Below the pieces are notes generated by a model. It was not told where the DNA came from. It did no database searches and saw only the letters and a program-made list of their open reading frames with translations. The position numbers and the translations under genes were made by a program. DNA of 64,000 bases from Eledone cirrhosa (lineage: Eukaryota): assembly GCA_964016885.1 (NCBI GenBank), contig OZ024744.1:90582001-90646000 (forward strand). The letters run 5' to 3'. Below, one piece after another: positions 25,001-38,559 of this stretch (its first letter is position 1; each line of letters begins with the position of its first letter).

Positions 25001-27597
25001 AGCGGGACGTTCCAAGGAAGGTCTCCAGACGCCGGAAGAAATAAGGCCGCCCTGCTCCTGTCGGGGCATAGACGGCCACTAACCTGAAAGCTTGCCCGTC
25101 TCCGCTGGTCACGTCCAGCACCACCAACTTACCTTCTGGGTCCAGGAAGATGGCCCGTATGGAAAGATCCAAACCTCTCCGAAAAAGCACAGCAACTCCT
25201 GCCACCGATCCCGGACGGCTGGGAGATGCGTACACATCGTATCCGCCGAAGATCGGTGCGAAGGCCCGTGCTTCGGAGATTCTGGTCTCGCTGATGGCCA
25301 CTACATCTATGTTTAGTGACCTGAGGTCATTGAGCAGGTGGCCCTGCTTCCATGACGACCCCAAGCCACGCGCATTTATGCTGCCTATTCTGAGTGAGGT
25401 CATGTTGAAATGGAGTGGAAAAGATGGGAAAGACCACTTACCTTACTTATCGTAGAGGAAGGACGGTTTCTCCACCCTTTTCACTGCTTGTGGCCTCCAC
25501 AGGAAGGATGTCCTTATAAATCCTCCTGGAGAGTGCTTGTCGGAAGTCTCCGATGTCTTTGGGGAATTTTTGTTTTAGTGTCATGTACGTTTTCTGTGTG
25601 ATGCGAGTGATTTGTATGTGTGGAGGTGGTGTGAATTTTGGGGTTGTTGTGTAGTCTTTTTCTGTGATGCTGGTGTTGTGTTGGATGTAGTGTAATAATT
25701 GGTTGTTGTTCAAATTTAATGCTGTGTAGTGTGTATCGTTTTGGTTGTTTTGTTTTGTTTGCGTTTGTTGTGGGTTTGTTTCTATTTCGCATTTTGGTGA
25801 CTTTTGTGGTGTAGGTGATGGTGGTGTTGGGGTTAATGATGGTGATGGTGTTGGTGTTTGGGGTGATGGGGTTGGTGATGCTGGTGTGGATGGTGGCATG
25901 TCTGTCCTAACTTTTTTGTTTGATAGTTTATTTGTTTTTGGAGGGGGAAGGAAGAGAATTTTTTTCTTTTTGGTTTCTTATTTTCTTTTTTCCTGATACC
26001 GTTTCCCACTCCTCGTCGTCACAATCTGTCTCCAGTTGTGATAGGCCGGGGAGTGGAAAATCCTCCACTCGCGTTAATTTTGGTTGTGGCCTGGTGGATG
26101 GTGTGGGCGCTGCTGCTAGTTCTGAAGCGTTGGGTTGTGGTGGTGTTGGTTTTGCTACTGTTGCTGGGGTTGTTGCTGTTATAGTGGCTTCTGTTGTTGC
26201 TGCTACAGTTGTTGCTGCTATCTCTGCTGCTGGTGGTGTTGATGGTTGAGTCACTGGGGTGGGTAGGAGAGGTGGCCTCAACCTTTTTAGCCTGAGGGCA
26301 GAAAGCCCTTAGGTGGGTTCCTTCACCACAAACGACACACCTAGGCCTTCTGCCCTTGACAATTACGTTGGGGTGGCTGCTACAGTGAGGTCTATTACCT
26401 CTGGGATCTCCTCAATGCTTTTTTGGTCCGCTTGGATCAGGAGCTCCATCCCAGATCCGGACCAGTTCTCCTGCTTTTCTTTCGCTATTGCTATTATCTT
26501 GGTGTTGGCTTCGATGCCGGCGAGGACGGCCGCTATTAGGCAGGGAATTTCGATGGCCGGTGGAACGTGGGTCACCCTGATCTTTACGAGTCTCTGGCCA
26601 CAATAGCTTGGGACGAGTGTGAAGTCGTAACTTCTTAATGGGGCCATGGAGTGTTATCTAGCCTCCTCTGGTGTTACAAAGAACACGTCCACGGTTCCAT
26701 ACTTCTGCCCACGTCTGATGTGGGTTTTTCTTGCCCACACATGTCCCAAAGCTTTTTGGATTTGGGACTCGGATGCCCGCTCCACTCGGCACGATTTTAC
26801 ATTAATTGTTCGATAAGACACGGTGCATAGGCGCCGATGCTCCATTTTATTAGGGGGGGGGAGGATGACCCTGTACCCATCTTTCTTTACCATTTTTTTG
26901 GCATCTTCTAATTCCTCTTGAGTTACCTGAAATGCTTCGCACTGTTTTGCTACTCTGGCAAAACTCAGGGTGGTTTTCTTAATGTCATTGTTGCTGTTGT
27001 TGTTATCGTTATTTTTGTTATTATTAATTTTAGTTTCAGTTGTGGTGGTGGTGGCGTCAGTGGTGTTCGGTGTGGAAGAGTTCATTTTGGTTGAATTCAT
27101 TTCGACATCACGAGTTAATTTATTTTTTTCTTTTGTTTCTGTTGTCGCGGTGGTGGTGGGGGGGGGGGGGGGGGTTGTCGGGTGGTGGTGGTGGCAGCGG
27201 CTTTAACACCTGCAGTCAATGGTAATGGCGGGAAATGAATGTCTGCCTGAGACAAATTTAAAATATTGCTACTGCTTAACTTTTTAGTGTTGGCAAACGT
27301 AGTAATATTTACAATGGTGGTGTCGGTGTGAGGTGTTAGTTTGTGAGGAAGGCTCTCAGCTGCTTGGTGCAGAGGTGAATCAGCCATGATTTTTTCAAAG
27401 AAATTTTTTGATAATCATAAAAGTTTAAATTTTGGGCACAAGGCCCCAATCTTTTTGGGTGTCCTTTTCGGAAAACAATGTATGTGCGCTTATATACAAT
27501 TAACAATACACATTTTCCATAAATGGCAATTTTTAACAAACGGAAACAACAAACCTTTGCGGAGCTCACGATGATATGATTTACTACGTAGGTCGCC
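22010..27597 (-). mobile_element. Near full-length Tx1/L1-clade LINE (ORF1 ~27100-25450, ORF2 25403-~22170)
   Basis: APE endonuclease SINARGL/ISET/VYAP/GDWN/YLDR/TDH, RT KSPGLDG/FRPITLLN/VRQGCPLS/YADD. Pro/Thr-rich ORF1. A few stops and frameshifts. Confidence 0.92.
23637..25403 (-). CDS. Tx1/L1 ORF2 N-terminal part (APE endonuclease plus start of RT), 588 aa before a premature stop
   Basis: ORF track and catalytic motifs listed for the element. Confidence 0.9.
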   Translation of the reverse strand: MTSLRIGSINARGLGSSWKQGHLLNDLRSLNIDVVAISETRISEARAFAPIFGGYDVYASPSRPGSVAGVAVLFRRGLDLSIRAIFLDPEGKLVVLDVTSGDGQAFRLVAVYAPTGAGRPYFFRRLETFLGTSRSLVLVGDWNGILDARWDCVGLVDRGGGCKSLTNLLRRFELSDRYRLDFPNVPMWTWTNRIGSSRSYLDRVFCREIDRSSIGCPQLKIVSYTDHKFVICVLDLDRLHRRGPGYWKLNASLPARKAYRERISELVKRALTRAIVNNKWWFALKRAIRIESIRFSKALAIEKNRAEGELVRKLDEALNKGIATDVLAAKLALDQFFNAKHEGCVVRARVRALRHEGTKAVQWARVAEARRGNKVTIRSLVDHDGRMLLDPGQMCEAFQRHFAQLFGGSGGPDRGMDFSVYLDGLPRLSATEVECCEKPITAAEVREAMTGCTRGKSPGLDGLPYELYVQMPDLFGGLLADVYCNWQQNGSIPSSVSRGAVALLRKDPNKGDNIDNFRPITLLNTEFKILAKVLAKRLALVVGSLVGEAQTCAIPDRSIHDNLHLMRYIVERIAREPGTGGSLINLDQ

Positions 27598-27668
<71 letters not shown>

Positions 27669-28025
27669 AATTATTTTGTACAGTGCTCAGGTGCATTACA
27701 ACTCATCAAAGGTGCATGTATAGTACATAGAATAATGTACAAATGTCAGGAAAGTGAACAGTGTATGAGTTATGATATACACACAGATACATGCGTACGT
27801 GTGAATGGAGGAGGATAATCAGGTGCTGTGTTGGTGAATTTCAGGAAGCATGGAAGGTTTTAAAGGATGCAGTGTCTCAGCAGCCAACAACTGATGCAGG
27901 TAGTTTGTTCCATGCTTCAGCAACTCTAAGCGTGAAAAAATGTTTTTGGAAAGTCATGGGAGCTGTGCTGTCTTCTGACTTTGTAGGCATGCCCACAGGT
28001 GTTTTGACACATGGAATTTTAAAAG
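27598..28025 (-). mobile_element. CR1/L2-group LINE 3' end with (AAT)n tail
   Basis: Reverse strand encodes FFTLRVAEAWNKLPASVV..TASFK, a typical CR1-group RT C-terminus. Confidence 0.75.
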
Positions 28026-28189
28026 GTGTGAGTATGAATGTAGGTGTACATCTTTATGCGGGTATATATGTATGTATATATATGTATATATGTGTGTTGG
28101 TGTGTGGCTTTTGCGTGTAAACAAATTTTAACAATGTTAAAAAATGGAAGATAGCAATAAAATTAAAGCAAAGGAGGTTCCTCTATATG

Positions 28190-30640
28190 GAGAAGATGTT
28201 TGAGGGTCACTTGTGGAATAAAACTCCATAAAACCACTGGTGCCCTGATCTGTAGGGTAAATGCCCTGACCCAGTTGTACTCCTCCAAATTACAGGCTCA
28301 CACTCAGAGTAGGGCCATTCACTCAAGCCATGCTCACCACTCTTACTCACCTTTCAAGAAATTGCTTTGAAGGCAGCACTTCCCTTTCCACCCTGATTCT
28401 CCTCTTCAAGTGAAACCTGAAGAAGCTAATCAGAGGAAAGTGCTTGTCTTCAAACCTCTTAAGCATGTTCACAATACAATCTCTTTCGAAACTTCCCTTC
28501 CTAGCTAAGGGAGGACGACAGCGTGAGTAATAGTATTAATGATAATATGACAAATTTGTGGTCTGCATGGTCAACCTAGATAGAACTCATAGATTAGGAC
28601 CTGGTTACTGGAAGCTCAACATGTCATTTCCGGTGCGTAAAAACTGGTTTTGCTCACTTACACCTCTCTAAGACAATGTCACTGGATCGAGATCTTTGGT
28701 ACCATGCCATTGTACAGAAGACCCGCCTTCCTTTGTATACAAACCTACAGTCAGTAGGCACCTCTTAACCCAATATACACCCCACCCCACCCCACAACAA
28801 CAAGAACAGCAACAGGTGGTGGTGGTGGTGGGGCTCTCAAGAGAAAGATTAGAGTAGGTTCAATAAGGTTTTAGTAAAGAAATAATGGCAAGAATGACAT
28901 TAGACCATGTCTTCAATGCAAATTATGAAGCTTGCATTGTCAGAGCTTAGGCTCATGCTTTAAGAAACAAGGGAACGAAAGCTGTTCAATAGGCTCATGT
29001 GATGGAAGCACAGTGTGGTAACAAAATCATGATTTGGTCTTTGACGGACCAAGATCAACGTGTGCTGAACGATTCCAGGTAGATGTATGCAGACTTTTGC
29101 CAGTACTTTGCTTGATTGTTTGAAGGGGGGGGGGGGGAGACAGTGGTAGACTTCAGTTCCTACCTTGATGGCCTCCCGTAACTCTCCTCAGCTGATGTTG
29201 AATGCTGCGAAGGGTTGATAACATCAGCCAAGATTCAAAATGCTCTGGTCAGTTGCACAAAGCGCAAGTCACCCGGATGGTCTGCCCTATGAATTTTACA
29301 TAGATATGCCAGACTTGTTCTCCGATCACCTTGGAGCACTCTACTGTAATTGGCAGCAGGAGGGAGTATTCCCAGTACTGTGAGCCAGGGTGTAGTGATG
29401 CTGATAAAGAAAGACAACAACAAGAGAGACACATTAGACAATTTCAGGTCCATAACTCTGTTAAATATAGAGTTTAAGATTTTAGACAAGGTTTCAGCAA
29501 AGAGGTTGGTACTTGTTGTCAAGGGTTTGGTAGGGGAGGTGCAAACTTACACAATTCTGACCAGGTCCATACATGACAACCTCCACCTCATATGATACAT
29601 TAGAAAGAGGGTAGGTTGTAAACCTGGTTTCAGTGGGGGTTCTAATCAATTTAGATCAATCAAAAGCTTTCAATAGGGTTGAACATTGATACCTGGAGGC
29701 TGTACTTAAGGCAGCTGGCTTCTGTCCTGCCTTCAGAGGCTGGATCACTGCAATGCACAGCAGCATCTGCTCGGTGGTCATAGTAAATGGCCACCTTCAG
29801 AAACCATTTCATATCACACGATCAGTCTGTCACGGGTGTCCTCTCTCCTCCCGTCTGTACGTATTGACTCTCAAGCCTTTAATGCAGAAACTGGAGCTGT
29901 TGCAGAGCATCCCACTCAAACTAGGATGTGGAAAGGCTGTGTTGGCTTATGCAGACGACATCACTGTGATGGTGTTGAACAGCTCAGAAAACGAGGTGGT
30001 TGGCATCTTCTTAGAAGAATGTGAAAGGTTGATAGGAGTAAAACTGAACCTAGAAAAGTCAATAGGTTTGCAGCTCGGTACCTGGTGAGGCAAATCCATG
30101 CTGTTCAACAGCATCTTTGGATGCTGGATAGACAGACCAGTGAAGTGGCTCAAGTTCTGGTTTGGACCACACCTCCAGGTGGATAAGAATTGAGACAAGG
30201 TTATGATCAGGGTAGCACTCTTCACCCAGAAATAGGTGAAGAGGAAGCTATCCTTGAAAGGTCGGGTGGAGGTGGCGAACACATATATCACGTCCATCAT
30301 CTACTACTGCCTGACCATCAAACCTTTCCCTGTCCGCACCTTACCAAATTGAATTGTCTGCTCTTCAACTTTTTGCGTAAGGGACAGATTCCATTGGTGA
30401 AACAGTACATCTGCTGCCAGCACCCTATATGTGGAGTATTGGGCATGCTGTGGCTGATGATGTGCAAGCATACGCTGAGGCTATAGCATCTTCAAATATT
30501 CTTAAGCAGTGAACAGGTGTGGTTGCCGTTTGTGAGACAGGTCTTTCTGCAGCTCATCTCTTTGACTGAGATACAGTCCTGGGTCAAGAAGTGACTCAAG
30601 AAGACTGGACGCCTGGAATCTGGAATGTTGCCAGCTTTCC
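28190..30640 (+). mobile_element. Decayed Tx1/L1 fragments (short minus-strand 3' piece, then plus-strand EN-RT)
   Basis: GPGYWKLN, FRSITLLN, CHGCPLS, YADD. Homologous to 22010-25400. Confidence 0.85.
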
Positions 30641-30949
30641 ATGCTGGCATGAGTTGGGTGAAGTGAGGAAGGAAGAATTGGAGCTGTGAATACGAGGGAC
30701 GACTAGATGTGTGTGCATGTGGTGTGTGGTTAAATAGTGAGGAAGGGGCGCGGGGTGTGGTAGGTGGGGGTGGGCTAAAATGTTACACCTCTCTGCTTGC
30801 TTTTCATCCCTCTCATGCGAGAAGTGAGTCTTCTGTAGTATGGCATATTGTTAGTTGACTTGATCATGTATTATCTCTTTCACGAGATTCAGTTTTGCGA
30901 GAGCAGCCTTTACCACATCATCCCAAGTTTTTCTGAGTCATTCTTCATA

Positions 30950-31330
30950 CATCATCATCATCATCATTTTACGTCCACTTTTCCTTGCTTGCAAAGGCGG
31001 GACGGGTCCTCTTCAGCACAGCATCTCTCCATTCGTCATCTCCTCCATGAGCTTCAGCAATCTGAGGTCAGCTCTCACCACCTCCGCCCATGTTTTTTGT
31101 GGTCTTCCTCTACTGTGTCTTCCTTTCACCAGGATTTCTTGGCTCTTCTTTACCCAGTGGTCATCTTCCATGCACATCACATGGCTATGCCATCGCAGTC
31201 TTCTTTCCCGCACACTACAGTTTATTCCTCTTATACACAGTTTCTTTCTCAACTCGTCCATGCTTGGTCATTCATGCACATTGACATTGCACATCCATTG
31301 GAGCATGCTTGCTTCATTTCTCTCCAACAT
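30950..31330 (-). mobile_element. RTE LINE 3' fragment
   Basis: RRLRWHSHV..GRPQKTW and a (TGA)n tail. Confidence 0.85.
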
Positions 31331-31879
31331 ATATACTGTTTCTCTACATGTATTTTTAAAATATGACAAATTATTAATGAAGACGTCAGGAAAATTCTCA
31401 ATCCAAATAATTAATTAGAAGTCCAGGCATGGTTAGTGTAATTTGATGATGTAAAAAAAACAACAAACCCCCCCCCCCCCCCCAGAACTTTTATTTTTCT
31501 CCACATGTGTAACCAAAAAGCACCCAGTCCACTCTGAAAGGTGGTTGTACTGATGTCACCACAAAAATCCCCAAGTTCACCTGTAAAATGGTTGTGCTGG
31601 TTCCATGACAAAAAGCACCTGGTCCACGTCCATCCTGTAAAATGGTAGAGCTTGTGCCATATAAAAATATGTAATGTTGTTAGCAAGCCAAAATGGATTG
31701 TATGAACGAGACATAGCCCCCTAAATTGTGTGGCTTTATAATGTGTCAACCCATCTAAGCACGAAAAATAGATGAGACACAGTGATGGTGATGATGGTGG
31801 TGGTGGTGGTGGTGGTGGTGGTAGCGATGATGATGATGATGTGGTGTTCAGGTCATTGTGAGATGAATGAAAATAAAAT

Positions 31880-32880
31880 AACTGTTTCTACTTTTTATCG
31901 ACCCCGTAAGGATAAAAGGCAAAGTTAACCTCGGCAGGATTTGAACTCAGACCATAAAGGGCCGTAACTCTTTGCTGCAAAGCATGGCGTCCGACTCTCT
32001 ACCGATACTGCCAATCCACCGCCCTATGAATGAAAATAAAATAACATGAACAAAATGTCCTAGGAAAAAATCACACTTAGTTTAGAAAAAGAAAAAAAAA
32101 AAAAAGATTTAAACTTGTATTTAAATGGTTTCAGTGTTTTTTCCTTCTTACATCTTTTTAGATATGTTTCCACTGTTTTAAATAATCAAAATTCTCCCAT
32201 TTTTTTTACCTAATCTCTCACAAAGAGACAACTTGTCCTACCCATGTTAGTGTGGAAAATGGATGTTAAACGATGATGATGATGATATGGCTTTTTTCCT
32301 GAATTCATTGAAGTCATTGTCACCTTAGATAATTAAGCCCCCCTCCCCACTAAAAAAAAAAAATACAAAAGAAAAGAAAAAAAACCCCAGCAAAGCAGCT
32401 TAAACCTACTGAAAGATTGAAAGATTACCAGCTGCTACTAGGTTGAAATACTTGGAAACTAAGTAAAGTAATAATTGTTTCTGATTTAGGCAAAAGGCCA
32501 GCAATTTTGGGGGATGGGAAAGTCGATTAAATTGACCCCAGTGTATTACTGGTGCTTTATTTTATCGACCCCGTAAGGAAGAAAGGCAAAGCTAACCTTG
32601 GTGGGTTTTGAACTCAGATCGTAAAGGGACGTAACCCTATGCCATAAAGCATATTGTCCGATGCTCTACTGATACTGCCAATCTACTGCCCTCTAAAGTA
32701 ATAATTGTTTCTACGTTAGGCACAAGGTCAACAATTACCCAGTGGTACTTTATTTTATCGACCCCGTAAGGATGAAAGGCAAAGTTAACCTCGGCGGGAT
32801 TTGAACTCAGAATGGCAAGGGCCGTAACTCTATGCGTCAAAGCAAGGCATCCGACCCTCTACCAATACTGCCAATCCACC
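31880..32880 (-). mobile_element. Three Meta-like SINE copies (31880-32025, tandem pair 32474-32880)
   Basis: SINE core with TSD-like repeats atgaatgaaaataaaataac and aaagtaataat. Confidence 0.85.
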
Positions 32881-33950
32881 AAAGTAATAATGAATCAACA
32901 AATGATTGTATTTTGAAGAAGTCTCAGGTTACCCTCATGGTAATGCATGAGTGCTTTAGGTTGTTTCAAAAGTTTTTAGAGAGCAACACCAGCTGTTGCA
33001 TGTAATTCAAGTTATATGCATGCCTCTTCCTTTTTTCTTTTGTTTCTTGACAATTGATATTTATTGATTGGGTTCTTTTGTAAATAATATTTAGCCTTTG
33101 TATTTCAAAAAGTATTGATTACTGCACCTTCTGTATATACAATTTTTTTTTCACTTTTTCTTTGATGTTTTGGGGGTGCACCAGATCTGTCAACTCTCCC
33201 TGTCCAACAGGGAGATCTTCTCTTGTGAAAATGGGTATAGCTTTCATTATGTAAAATCTCCCCATTTTGCCTCATTTCTCCCCCGCTTTGGGTCACTTTT
33301 TTTCATGCTACTCCCTGTTTGGGTTTTTAGAGGTTGGCAGGTCTGGTGTGCAGTATATACCACAACTAAATGTTTCTAGCTTTTTTTCAGACCTGTTTCC
33401 CAGAAAACAGCCAGCAGAAGACAGGAAACTGTATCAACCAACACTGAGTACCTTTTGACTTCAATTGTACCTTTCCTTATACAATATTATGGATCTTTTT
33501 ATCACCATCGTATCTTTTCTTGAACAATATTATGAATCTCGTATTGTTTTATGATGAAACATTGAAATTTTTCTGTAAAGTGGTAGTGCAGGTGCTATGA
33601 TAAAAGGCACACAGTCCATCATGTTAGGTGGTAGTGCAGGTGCTATGATAAAAGGCACACAGTCCATCATGTTAGGTGGTAGCGCTGGTGCTATGATAAA
33701 AAACACCCAGACTAACCTGTAAGGTGGTAGTGCTGGTACAACAATAAAATGCTCCCAGTACACACTGAAAAGTGATTGGTGTTAGGAAGGGTCTTAGAAA
33801 GCTTGCCCAAAGTGGAATGTATGAGCAAAATGTGGTCACCTAACCTGTCTAGCCTCAGAACATGTCAACCTGTTGAACCCATGCAGGTAGAGAAAATAGA
33901 TGCAAAACAGTGATAATAATGACAATGAAATGATAGTCATCTTTACTTAA

Positions 33951-34133
33951 CCCTTTAGCATTTAATCTTTCTGTTCAAACCGGCCATAACTGGCCATTCA
34001 TACTGATGTTAAAGTATTGTTTTGAAAATAAATATCAAAATCTCATAGATTCGCTATTATGTAAGATATGTGAGATAAAGCCTTTACCACGAAAATACAA
34101 TAGTAAATATAGAGTAATGTAAATGCTAAAGGG
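33951..34133. mobile_element. piggyBac-like MITE
   Basis: TTAA-CCCTTTAGCATTTA...TAAATGCTAAAGGG-TTAA: 14-bp TIR with TTAA TSD. Confidence 0.88.
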
Positions 34134-34529
34134 TTAACATGGTTTAGTCGGGTCGTCTCATTTGAGGTAAGTTGGGTCAGGTGACCAGGTTTTACTCATA
34201 TAGAATTGTTTCTGGCTAGGTTTCTATGGCTGGATCCCCTTCCTAACAACAACCGCATTTACAGTGTGTGATGGGTGCTTTTTGTCATGACTCTTACACA
34301 ACTACTTTACAATGTGGGCAGGGTGCTTTTTGTTGTGACACATATGTGACCACTTTACAGTATAGGCTGGATATGTTTTATTCACAGTGTAAGGGGTGGT
34401 GTGGACAGGAGCGTGAGGGTGGGAGTATAGTGGTTAAGAAGTGCCTACTAGGTATATGTTTGAGTCTGTGCACATGAGAAGGCATGTCTTCTGTATATTA
34501 AATAAAATATACCTTTTCAGCCTGCTCTA

Positions 34530-34870
34530 GTGTAGTAGCATTGGTGCCACAGCAAAAATACCCGGGTCCAACCTATAAGGTGTCACAATAAAAAAAAAAC
34601 ATCCAGTCCACTCTCTAAAGTGGTAGTGCTGGTGCTGTGATAAAAAGCAACCTATCCACACTGTAAGGTGGTAGTGCTGGTGCCATGATAACAAAACATC
34701 CAGTCCACTCTGTAAGGTGGTATTGCTGGTGCCGTGATAAAAAAGCAACCAATTGATTCTGTAAAGTGGTAGTGCTGGTGCCATGATAAAGAAAACACCC
34801 AGTCCACTCTGTAAATTGAGGTGTTAGTGTTAGAGTCATGATAAGATGCTCCCATTACACATTGTAAAAT
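34530..34870. repeat. ~57-bp tandem repeat module of the RTE/SINE 3' region (also 33575-33770, 31515-31660)
   Basis: Unit cccagtccactctgtaaggtggtagtgctggtgccatgataaaa repeated with divergence. Confidence 0.8.
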
Positions 34871-35140
34871 GGTTGTTGTTAGGAAGAGCATCCATTTGTA
34901 GAAACCAAACCAAAACCTGAACATACAAACATATGTAGTGACCTTACCTGTCTGGCCACACACACAGTATGTGACAGCCCAACTAACGTTGAATGATGTT
35001 AATGGTAATTAAATAAAATATGATAAAATAGAAGCTATCATATTACCACAGAGTAGTAACATTAGTCTCACGCAATTGTCCATATGCCATTAATATTATT
35101 TACAAAAGAAATAAATAAATAAAAGAAACAAAGGGATGAT

Positions 35141-35157
35141 TCATCATCATCATCATT

Positions 35158-35192
<35 letters not shown>

Positions 35193-35330
35193 AATCATCA
35201 TCATCATCATTATCATCATCATCATGGTCATCATCATCATGGTCATGATCATCATCATTATCATCATCATCATCATCATCGCCGTCGTCGTCGTCATCGT
35301 CATCGTCATCATCATCATCATCATCATCAA
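35141..35330. repeat. (CAT)n microsatellite
   Basis: Direct reading. Adjoins an RTE-type tail motif. Confidence 0.95.
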
Positions 35331-35934
35331 CAACAACGTTTTCATGTCTGTTTTCCATGCTTGCATAGGTTTGACAGGTCCTTCTCAGTAGGGTTTCTCT
35401 TTTATTATAATTTACAATGGGGAAAAAAAAATCAATAAAATGAATTACAAAAAAAGAGAGGAAAGAAAGAACATTTTGTAATTCTGAATCTTCTACATCA
35501 ACTAGTTTCAACTACTACATACACCCTTTATCAACACAGAGACACTATAATCATCCTTCACCTCTTCCTTACCTCCATTGACAACTTTTTAAAGACTACC
35601 ACTGTCTTTATGCTTATTTTTGGGATTATCCAAGAAATGCATTATCACAGTTATTCACCACATGTCCACATTCTACACTAACACACCTCCTGGACTCTAT
35701 CTTACTTCACATCAACCAATTGGACAGAGATCTGCCTGTTATATGTGAACTATTCCTGACGGTACATGAAATTCACCTCTAGCACTTCAAAAACAGCTAG
35801 GTGGGTGACTGAAGCCATTCTCTTAGGTATGACCCTCCACATCAAACACTTAGCAAAACCAGTCCCTCAAGTGATTTTTCTCATAGCTGCCCTGCAAAAA
35901 GTTCAGATAAAAAAAAACAAAAAAAAACAAGACC

Positions 35935-36690
35935 TTCAAGTGCTAGAGGTGAATTTCATGTACCGTCAGAAATCCCTCACTTGGCAGTGCTACCAGGAGG
36001 GCACTGCCGGTTTGAGATAAACTCTACAGGCACGGAAGTGCTGTCAGACGGACCAGCCCAAGATACGTGCAGAGCGACAAAACTGTTCTGTACACATTCA
36101 TCCTGTGTCCGTACATTACTGACTTGTGGAATTATGTCAGACAGCTATTGTCACGTGTAGAATGGATCTGGCTATCAACTGAGATCATAGTGAAGATCAA
36201 CCCGCCACCTTCTTTTGACCAGGAAGGGCAGGCACTTTTCCTCTGTCTAGTATCAGTAGCTAAAGAGGTTGCATAGTGGACTAGGTTGAAAGGACTTGTA
36301 GTGAGAGTTGCCACCCTTGTTATGACGTCAAGTCAAAGCATTGCCTTGCTAAGGCACAGTTGGACTGCAGCCTCCGAACTGATAACAGCTTCCTAGGGAC
36401 CCCCATCAAAGGGCCTAGAGATGGACATGCATTCCGATCCTTTCTTACTGCTGTTTGTTAACATATAACTTCAGGTATGAACTAACATTTATGCACACAC
36501 CACTCCATCAATAAAACATTTGTTACGTTGATAAGTTATACCCCCCCCCCCTATTGGGGAATGTAAATTGTTATAATTTTATTGCTATTTTGTTATTTAT
36601 ATTATTTACACATTTATATATGTACCCCCCCCCCCCCAACTGCCCTTGTCTCTGTATTGTCCTCTATATAATAAAAGAAAAAATTATTAA
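35935..36690 (+). mobile_element. Tx1/L1 3' fragment
   Basis: SLTWQCYQ and KINPPPSFDQEGQALF, homologous to 22400-22640. Confidence 0.8.
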
Positions 36691-38559
36691 GTGATTAGCA
36701 GACAGCTAAAGGAGAGCACCAATACTAATACCTAATTTTTTCTGGACCGGCAACTGCTCTGTTTAATCAGCTCTTAAATATTACTTGAATTCTATAAGCA
36801 TCCAGCTTCTATAAAACTCAGCAGAAGTGAAGGGGTAAGTAGTCTTGATAAACACTAATGAGCGAGAAACAGGACTGTCGATTACTCTCTTTGCTTTTGC
36901 TGAGAATAAGTAAGTGACATAGTCACTACTTTAAAACTCATAGCGAATGGAATTCAAAATGTTTTTAATTAAATATACAGTATATTACCAAATATACTAT
37001 ACATACATTCATCATCATCATCAACATCATCACTGTTTTATGTCCGTTCTTCCATGCTAGCATGGGTTAGATGGGTTGTCCTGTTGTGGGCAGTGTCTGG
37101 TCGGCTGACCTTGTCTTGCTCATACAGGAACTGATTCTGGCTTGATTTCTACAGCTGGATGCCCTTCCTAACACCAACCTCATTTACAGTGTGGGCTGGG
37201 TGGTTTTTGCCATGGCACCCCCACGACTACTTTGCAGTGTGTATGTGTGTGTGTGTGTGTGTGGGGGGGATATTGTCTATATGCTTCAGCTTCGGCTTGT
37301 ACCCATGGGAAGTCGGGTCTTCTGTATTACTGCATAACGCCAGAGGTCATACCACGAGTTGATCTTTTTATATGGCCGTATAGCTTGAGTACTCTTGATT
37401 TGACAATTGATGTAATTGGTCTAAGTTTGGTAATGTTGAGCAGCTCACTGATACAGATTCGGTTACTGAGCCGCTTGCATACATGTATACACATAAAACT
37501 GTACATACAAAAAAATATAATCACATACTTATGAACGCATATATACACATACACACGTAAGTTGATACAAAAAAATATATATTAGCACTCAAAAATATTC
37601 ATACATATCTATGAATATGTTAAGTATTTAGCTGTTGTTTCTAATAATAGATATCACCAAGACTCAAGTCAAGTCACCATTTTAACAGTAGGTATGATAG
37701 TAATATCAACAAGAGTAATATAATAATAATGTCAACAAGAGAAATAAGTGATAAGATGTATATTTATTTGTTGTAGTGAGAAAGAGACAAAGTTAATCAC
37801 AAAGTAATGTTTGTTGAACTGGATAGTTAAAATTAACAATATAAAGGTTATTAAAGGAATGTGGCATTGTGCCAGGCCCAAGGAAGGCCGACAGGTCAAA
37901 GTGCAAATCTCACTGTTACATATTGTTTGTGCTTGCGGAGCAAAAGAAGAAGTGGTGTTTACCTTAGCATGGTCAAACTGCAAGAGAGAGATTTCTGAAT
38001 TGACGCGGGAATTTTTCCCTCAGGGCGTGTCGAGATACATCCTCCTACGCTGGCGGCGATATGGCTGAACTGAACCAAACAACGCACGGAAAATGTATCT
38101 ATGAGCCCTAGGAACGTAGGTCACTACAAGTATCTTAGCAGAGAAAAAAGGGAGTTATTGGTGCTATAATTAGGGATGAAGTAAGATTGGATAAAAATCA
38201 TATGTAAGTGTTATAAGTATGTGAAATTATATGTCAATAGAAATAAGGTTTGATGCATCTTATAGAGTACACATAGCGAAAGAAAGAAGTGAAAATGATA
38301 TGTGAGTGTTATAGGTATAACAAAGAGTATGTAATCATAATCAATATGTGAGTGTTGTTTGTGTGTTATGGATATAACTAAATGTATGTGATCATATTAA
38401 ATATAAGTTCAGGGTAGTTAGTGTTAATGCTATTTCATAATTGAAATATATGTTCAGGGTGGTTGTATGTCAAAATTGATGCTATGTTTATTCCAACAGG
38501 AAAGCAGATGTTATCTTATATGCAAGCAACGTCTGAAAATATATATGTGGATATATGTC

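Noticed and set aside
32890-33500. Possible additional Penelope-like relic (also 35500-35930)
   Set aside because: Only faint motif resemblance and too degenerate to support by eye.
35068-35511. Poly-D, poly-M and poly-H ORFs
   Set aside because: All frames of a (CAT)n microsatellite.
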